Shown piece by piece: positions 56,507 to 64,000 of a stretch of DNA of 64,000 nt. This DNA comes from the human T2T-CHM13v2.0 reference genome, Homo sapiens. How positions within the stretch are numbered: position 1 is the first letter of the stretch; each line of letters opens with the position of its first letter. The stretch lies in assembly GCF_009914755.1 (NCBI RefSeq), contig NC_060945.1, one strand, 5' to 3'. Position numbers and translations under genes: made by a program. The notes below the pieces were generated by a model. That model was not told the DNA's origin. It did no database searches and saw nothing but the letters and a program-made list of their open reading frames with translations.

Positions 56507-56992
56507 TGACGTCGCTTTGACGCCAGAGCGACGCGCGGCCGAGCGCCGGGCGGAGGGAGAGCGGGAGATCGGGCGGTTGCCAAGAGACTGGCGGCTCTGA
56601 CGCGCGCGGGATGAGGCCGTTGCCCTGGCGACCGCGGGCCGGTGACGTCAGGGGCGCCCGCCGCCCGAGGCCCGCCCGCCTGCGCTCCGCCGGGCGCCCC
56701 CTCCCGGGCGCTGGGGGCACTGCGGGCGGCCCCACCGCCGAGGGCGCGCCCGCCCCTCCACGCTCGGGCACTCGGGCCGGGTCCCGCGGGCGCCTTGTGC
56801 TCGCTCCCTCCAGGAGGGGACGGCTCTCGGGCAGGGGTCGCCGGCCCCTCCACGCGGCCTGCGTTCGTCCAGACTCAGAGCCTCGGGACGTGCGGGGGCC
56901 CGGGGGCCTCGCGGGCTCGCGCGTGGGGCTGGCGGCGCGGATGCCCTGGGGCGCTGCAGACCCCGAGAGGCCGCTTGCCCGCGGGGACGTCA
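56507..56992. promoter_or_regulatory. CRE cluster
   Basis: Perfect TGACGTCA at 56643-56650; TGACGTCG 56507-56514; TGACGCCA 56518-56525; TGACG 56598-56602; GGACGTCA 56985-56992. SIK1 is an established CREB/CRTC target. Confidence 0.85.
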
Positions 56993-57575
56993 GCCGCTTT
57001 TGCTGTTAAAATCTGAAATGTTCAGCAAGTTAGAAACTTGAAACCTAAGGAAGCGTGACCGGCCGCTCTGGAAGCCCCCGCCGCGCGGCCGGTCCCGGCC
57101 CCGGCCCTCAGCGGCGCTGGCGTCTGCGCGTCCCGGGGCTGCCCCCGCAGCATGTGGGGCTGGGACCCTCTTCCCGCGCGGGCCCCGGGCGGACGCTGCG
57201 GGCGGTGACGGAGCCAGGCCGGCCGCCTGGGTAGGGGACGGGGGCGCGGGACCACTTGCTTGCCCGTGGCCGATGCCTCATCCGAACGGAAAACGTTTTC
57301 TTCAGGGGAGACAGAGGCTGTGGGCGAAGGTATTTTTTAAGCCTGAGGACCCATTTGGGAGTTAGATTCTGGATCGAGCCTAGGGTCAGTTTTCCTTGTG
57401 TTAAATAACACTACTTCACAGAAGGGGGAACGAGAATTCAGGGAAGTTGGCACAAAACTTGGAACCCTTCTCGGGAGGCTTTCCTGCCTGGACGGACGCC
57501 TGGGAGGAGGGCCCGGAGAAACGAGGATGAGCTTCTCCTCATTCGCCCGAGGGTCTGACCACAGATTTCCCAATC

Positions 57576-57576
<1 letters not shown>

Positions 57577-57626
<50 letters not shown>

Positions 57627-57632
57627 ACACAC
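57577..57632. repeat. (AC)n microsatellite
   Basis: About (AC)22 AT (AC)5. Confidence 0.97.
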
Positions 57633-57858
57633 GGGTTGTTTGGGAGTCAGTTGGTTTTCAAAGGCTTTCAAGGAAATGAAGAGTCCCAAAGTTTTCCTTA
57701 ATCGTTCAGAGTGTTTTTCTTTGTCCCAGGTTTATATACCAAGAATACGGGGGAATATTTTTAGTTCCTTTCAGCTGAACAGTGTACAACTGCCTTTTTT
57801 CCTTTTGGAGGTCCCAACACCCTGTTAATCCGCTCCTAGGAGAACTAAACAAAAACAA

Positions 57859-58190
<332 letters not shown>

Positions 58191-61100
58191 TCACACTCAC
58201 CATTCAGTCCCTCAGCCTGTGACTTGAAATACTGCCCCCCGCATCCAGGAAGCAGGCTTCCCCACCCCTCCCACCCTAGCCAGAGTCTTCCAAAAGGTCT
58301 TAGGTATTTGCAAACACCTGGCTGGCTGTTTGGAAACATTGCATCAGCACCAAATAAAAACTGCAGCCAAAACTGCCTCCGCAGAACAGGTCCCCAAACT
58401 CAGGTGCACTTGACCTTTCACCCTGACCCAGCCCTGAGCTTCCAAAACCCAGAACAGCCCTGTGCCAACCATGGCCATCCTGTTTTCCCTTCCCTGGGCC
58501 CGTGGGCAAGGAGCTCGCTCTGCAGAGAAAGGCAGGAAGCACAGAGGAAAAGGCCAAGCTTGGAACGGCTGTCCCGTCTCCCCACTGGGGGAACCCCTGG
58601 CACCCTCATAACTAAGTCTGTGCTTCAACCTGGTCTCTGTTACCCAATGTCTTTTGTTGTTGTTTGTGTCCTTGACCCCCCGAGGCTGTATTTCCTCTCA
58701 GAAGCTTTGATTTCTTTTCTGTTTTCTGGTCTTCCGTGCCTTTAACACGAGGAAAAATAAAACACATGGTGTGAGTGTAAGGATGGTACAAGCAAATGAT
58801 TGGAGAAGCTCCTCACTGAACATAATGGAAGGAATGCTCCCAAAGTCTGCAGGAACGGTACTTTATTATTATGGTTTGCATATTATTACAGATTTGTGGA
58901 AAACGGCAAGTCAGTTTTCCTTTCCACATGGACTTTCTTCAGCTTGTCTTATGATTGCCGTGTTTCTGGAGTTCATCTTGTTTTTTAGGCCTTAAGACTG
59001 GAAACCCCAACAGGAAATGGGTCCATTTATTATTCATAGTTGTAACGCTGGCCACTGGCATGTCACAAAACTCTCAAAATCAATTGATAAACACAGAGAA
59101 TGGAGCGTGGGGCAGCATTTTTGCAAAGGGATGGGTGCCCAGCTGGCCCCAGTGCCGCCCTCTGTGAGGAAGGAATCTCCCAGTGCAGCCAGGAGTCAGA
59201 CGAGTTCCTCTTCCCGACCCTACCCTCCCATCTTCGACGCCTAAGGCCCTTCCCTGTCTTCCTGGCTTTGCTTCAGGTGGTTTTGTACTTTTTAAATTTT
59301 GTTTTGGTTTGTTTAGGCTTCAGCCTAGCGGCTTTAGGTGCCAGAAAATCAGATTAACCACTGCAGCGGCATCCTTCTCAGGGACCCGGGGGCCACGTTG
59401 GTCATTTTGCCCCATTGTATCTGGAGAGCTTGACAGACAGACATGTGTGCACTAGGTCAGGAAGCCACGGCCCTGGCCTGGGAAGAGGGCAGGTAGGAGA
59501 AAAGCCCCCAGCCCCCTCCACCCTCAGGGAATGGCCCAGTTGTCCACAGGTTAAGTCAAGAATCCCCCGCGAACAGGTCAAACCAGAGACTGCCCAGTCC
59601 CAGCGTCCGCCCCCAGGGCATTGCTTCCTTCACCTCCTACACTTGGCTCCCTGTGGTTCCGTGGCTGCCACAGTTGTGTGGATCCTACCGGGCCCAGGGC
59701 CCCTCCCCATCTCAGACAGCACCCACTTTCAGGCTAGGCCTTCCACGGGCTGCTTAAATGGACCACGAAGGCCGGCAAAGCAGCAGAAACGTGCCTGTTC
59801 ACGGGCCAGTCGGCCCTCCCCGCTCCAGCCCTCTAGGGTTTCTGGTTCCGGTTTCTGTCGCTGCCGTTAGTGAGGAATTATTCATGTGGCCAATGCGTTT
59901 TCTTGACATTTAAGCAGGGCTGTGGCCGATATCAAGGCTGAGGACCCAAGAGGCCTTTGGGTGTCTGTGTCCCTGAGCCATATGCTGAGGTCGGACGGCG
60001 GGGGAGGGGGGTGCAGGAAGGGGCCAGCCCCAGCGAGAGTCAGCCAGGCCCCAAACAGAGCCAGGGGTTCCCCCGGGGGGGAGTGCTCACTTAGGAAGAG
60101 CACCATGGACAGCCTGGCAGGAGGTCACCCTGTGCTGAGCAGGCAGCTCTGGAGTAAACCACCTGCCTCTCTGTAGGAAGAAGGAAACCGCATCCGCAAA
60201 CGGAGCAAAGGTCCCCAGAGGCAGAGCAGAAGCCTCTGGGATGCTGCAGCTTTGTGCAGACACTGGGGACCAGGACTGGAGCAGGTGCTGGCCGTGCTCT
60301 TTATCCTGGGCACTCTGCCAGGGCCACACGGAGCGTGGCTCCCGGGAGATGGAGACGTCTGAGTGTCAGCTCAGGTCTCGGTGTTTCCAGGTGACATGCT
60401 GGCTGCTAGTGTAGAGCATGGTAAACCATCTTTTTTTTTTTTTGGTTACTATTTACTTATGCAAAATAATGTGAGTTTCTGCCATTTGCAACAAGTGTGC
60501 CAGCTGCAATGAGTCAGCGGGTGGACACAGGTGAGCATGGCCAGACTGTGCCAGAACATGGTGACAGACAGACATGCTTCGAAGTTCACTGTGGGAAGGG
60601 ACAGGTCCCCAGAGAGAGGTGAGACGGTGCAACGCGAGGGTGAGTTCGGAGTCGTCCTCCAGATGTCCACAAAGGCTCGAGAGGCCCTGCTGTGTGTCAG
60701 GCACTGCGTGAAGGTTGTGGGCACAGTAGGAGGGACACAAGACACCTTCTCTCGAGGACCGTTGGTTCCAGTTGCGGAGACAGTAACAGCATAAGATGAT
60801 GAGTAAGAAAAGAATGCTGGCAGGAAAGTGGCCATGGAGGGAACTGCTTCCGGGCCTCTCCGTGGGATTTGCCAGGCGTGGACTGAGCGAGGACCTTCCC
60901 TGAGAACACCAACTGCTCCAGGAGAGAGAAGAGGTGGAGCCCCGGCGGGGGGCATGGGGCAGGAGGCAGCCACCCACACCTTCCCTCTCTGAATGCTGAG
61001 CAGAGGCTCTCAGCAGAGGGGAAGAAGAGCAGAGGCCACGATTGGGAAGACAGACCCAGTGGGGGTCCTTGGCGCCGTCCACATCCATCTGCAACCTGCT

Positions 61101-61785
61101 GCCCAGCGCCTGCCTGCCCGGGGTGTGCACAGAGCAGTGTGGTCTGTCCCGGCTTCACGGCCTGACACGGCCAGGCGAGGATGACAGGGAAAGGGAGGCA
61201 GGGACTTGGGGCTGTTGGAGCCAAGCTGAGGAGCAAGGAGCTGCGATGGGAAGCGGGTGGCAGGAAGGAGCGTGAGGCCTGTGGGTGGAAGGTCTCTGGC
61301 CTTGGAGATTGAAGCGTTTCACTTGTGCATCTCACAGCCCAGAGAAGCCAAGCCCGGACCATGGGGGAGAGAGGAGGACCCCCGTCTCAGGGCGGGCTGA
61401 GGAGACGCTCTCTCCACGGCTTCCGGATGGGTCTCCCTCCATCTCAGCTGCATCTATGGGAAAACGATGAAATGCTCCCTCCACTGCCGGGCCTTCTCTT
61501 ATAAAGCAGGTTTCTTCGAAGTATAAAAATTAATAGAAAAGGTTCCATAGAAAATCAAGAAAGTAAGTATGTAAAGATGAAAACAAAAAGCACCGGAAAT
61601 GCTCTTCATAGCTGACGTTTTCTTATTCACTTTTTATTAAAACAGGATGAGGCGTCCTGCCTTTTCCAGCCTTATCTAGGAAGTGTCTTGCCAGGTCACC
61701 AAATGGCAAGCAGAACCGTAAGCTGAAGTTGTCTGCCTAGAATTCCACTGTGGCAATGTTCAGCATCCCGACTGGACAGCTCCGT

Positions 61786-61836
61786 GCGGCGGCATCGGGG
61801 GCGCGGCGGCATCGGGGGCGCGGCAGCATCGGGGGC
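61786..61836. repeat. 17-bp tandem repeat, 3 copies
   Basis: GCGGC(G/A)GCATCGGGGGC repeated. Confidence 0.85.
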
Positions 61837-62217
61837 CCTTTTCATGCCATTCAAGGCCCCGTGGAAACAGACACCACAGCTCAGCATGAGACTGTGGCCC
61901 CACCTGACCTGGCTCATCCATCCCCAGCCTCTCGTGGTCCCCGGCCCTATGCCGACATTTGGCACTCGATGAGCCATTTCTCCACATTTCAGGAGCCTTG
62001 TTTTAAGACAGCCTGGCTGTCTGAGAGCCACCGGAGTCGAGACTGGATGCCCGGCCTGGTGCCCGTGGGCCAGCACCGCCTGAGGAGGAGGGGTCTCTGG
62101 AGGCCACAGGCAGAGCCACTGAGAGGGATCTTTAAGCAGAGGGCCCCACACACCTCCTGGGACCCACGGGTGTGGCTGCCATGCAGGGTCTGGGAGCTAC
62201 AGAGAGTCGGGAACCAA

Positions 62218-62512
62218 GGGCGCGGTGGCTCACACCTGTAATCCCAGCACTTTGGGAGGCCAAGGATCACGAGGTCAGGAGATCGAGACCATCCTGGCTC
62301 ATACGGTGAAACCCCATCTCCACTAAAAATACAAAAAATTAGCCGGGCGTGGTGGCGGGCGCCTGTGGTCCTAGCTACTCGGGAGGCTGAGGCAGGAGAA
62401 TGGAGTGAACCCGGGAGGCGGAGGTTGCAGTGAACCCAGATTGCCCACTGCACTCCAGCCTGGGCAACAGAGCGAGACTCCGTCTCAAAAAAAAAAAAAA
62501 AGAAAGAAAAAA
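62218..62512 (+). mobile_element. Alu (AluY/Sc-like) with a small internal deletion
   Basis: ATCACGAGGTCAGGAGATCGAGACCATCCTGGCT; poly-A tail. Confidence 0.93.
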
Positions 62513-63457
62513 AGTAAAAACAAGAGAGTAGGGAGCCAAGTCCCTGGGTTGCCAAGTCAATCCGTGGAAGCCCCTGACTTCGAGCAGGACACAGGGCCCT
62601 AAGGACAGCCCCAGCCCCTGCAGTGTGGCCTGCAATGGGTGTCATTCATTTTGACCTGGCTGTTGTGGTTTTGGGTGGTATTGTTATTTGTTTGAAAAGA
62701 AAACACATGGGCTGCGTATGGCATGAGCAAGTACAGACGTCATTGGGATCGGCTAATGAAAATGACAGAGTACTCTAAAGTGACACCTTACAGGGACGTG
62801 GTGATGTGGCACCAGGCCCAGTGGCACCAGCACACCACCGTCTCGCTGGCATTTCCACCGTGGTCCCTGTTAAACCAGAAAGAACGAAAGTGTGATGGGG
62901 AAAAATAAGTATGTGTTTCTTGTAAAACACAGCTCATTTCAAAACTACTGAGAACAAGGGGACAGTTTGAAATTGGGCAGAGCCCCTTGGGACCAGCTGG
63001 ACCAGGAAGAAGGTCCAATCAGCTCTTCCTCAGGGCCAGGAATCTCTCGGTCACTCCGAGGCCTGGAAGAAAGTTTCCAGAACCTTTTTTTGCACAAATA
63101 AACTGCAGATCTGAAATCAGCAAGAAGGTTCAGGACCTGGGCCCCCAGGATTGGAACCACGGGAGTCTCAGATCCTCAAACTAGCTGGGTTTGCTTCAGT
63201 TTTCTCAGGTGGGACGGGCCACCCTGGGTTTCCCAGGGTGATGTCCCGACAGTGGAGGTGAGATGTCACAGAATGGAGGATGTGATATGATCTGTAACAT
63301 GGAATCCAGCAGAAGCTCCAGCACTTAAAAGACAGGAAGCAGTGGAGGGCCTGGGTGTCCCAGCCTTCATCATTCCCTCACCTGGAGCAGTTGGTGTCCT
63401 CAGGGAAGGTTCTCATTCAGTCCATGCCTGGCAGATCCCATGGAGGTGCCCGGGTGA

Positions 63458-63997
<540 letters not shown>

Positions 63998-64000
63998 TGA

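Noticed and set aside
60866-60922. RTFPEN peptide resembling a TBC-domain motif within the inverted repeat
   Set aside because: An in-frame TGA lies two codons upstream in both copies and there is no further similarity.

Overview
This is GC-rich primate genomic DNA, almost certainly human chr21q22.3. It contains one complete protein-coding gene, SIK1 (salt-inducible kinase 1), on the minus strand. I traced the gene by hand: a CpG-island promoter with several CRE sites (~56.4-57.0 kb), a non-coding exon 1, 13 coding exons summing to 2352 nt (783 aa plus stop), and a ~2.2-kb 3'UTR ending near an AATAAA at 43788-43793. The allele encodes Ser15 and Val615, where I recall Gly15 and Ala615 in the canonical protein. 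The rest of the window is intergenic: about 16 Alus, L1 relics, ERV1/ERVL/MaLR LTRs and a dense set of minisatellites. Almost all other ORFs in the track are repeat or GC artefacts, and nothing prokaryotic is present. The most unusual structure is SIK1 intron 5. It opens with a non-canonical GC donor, and the exon end plus that donor is tandemly repeated in a 43-bp unit. This gives three identical decoy donors, one of them in frame just before the DFG motif, and each full unit carries a G-quadruplex motif. Other leads are two adjacent in-frame, stop-free introns in the kinase domain, a TSS-dependent overlapping uORF, a 73-bp inverted duplication upstream of the gene, and a minisatellite that arose inside an MLT2 LTR. 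I found no evidence for a wholly new gene system.
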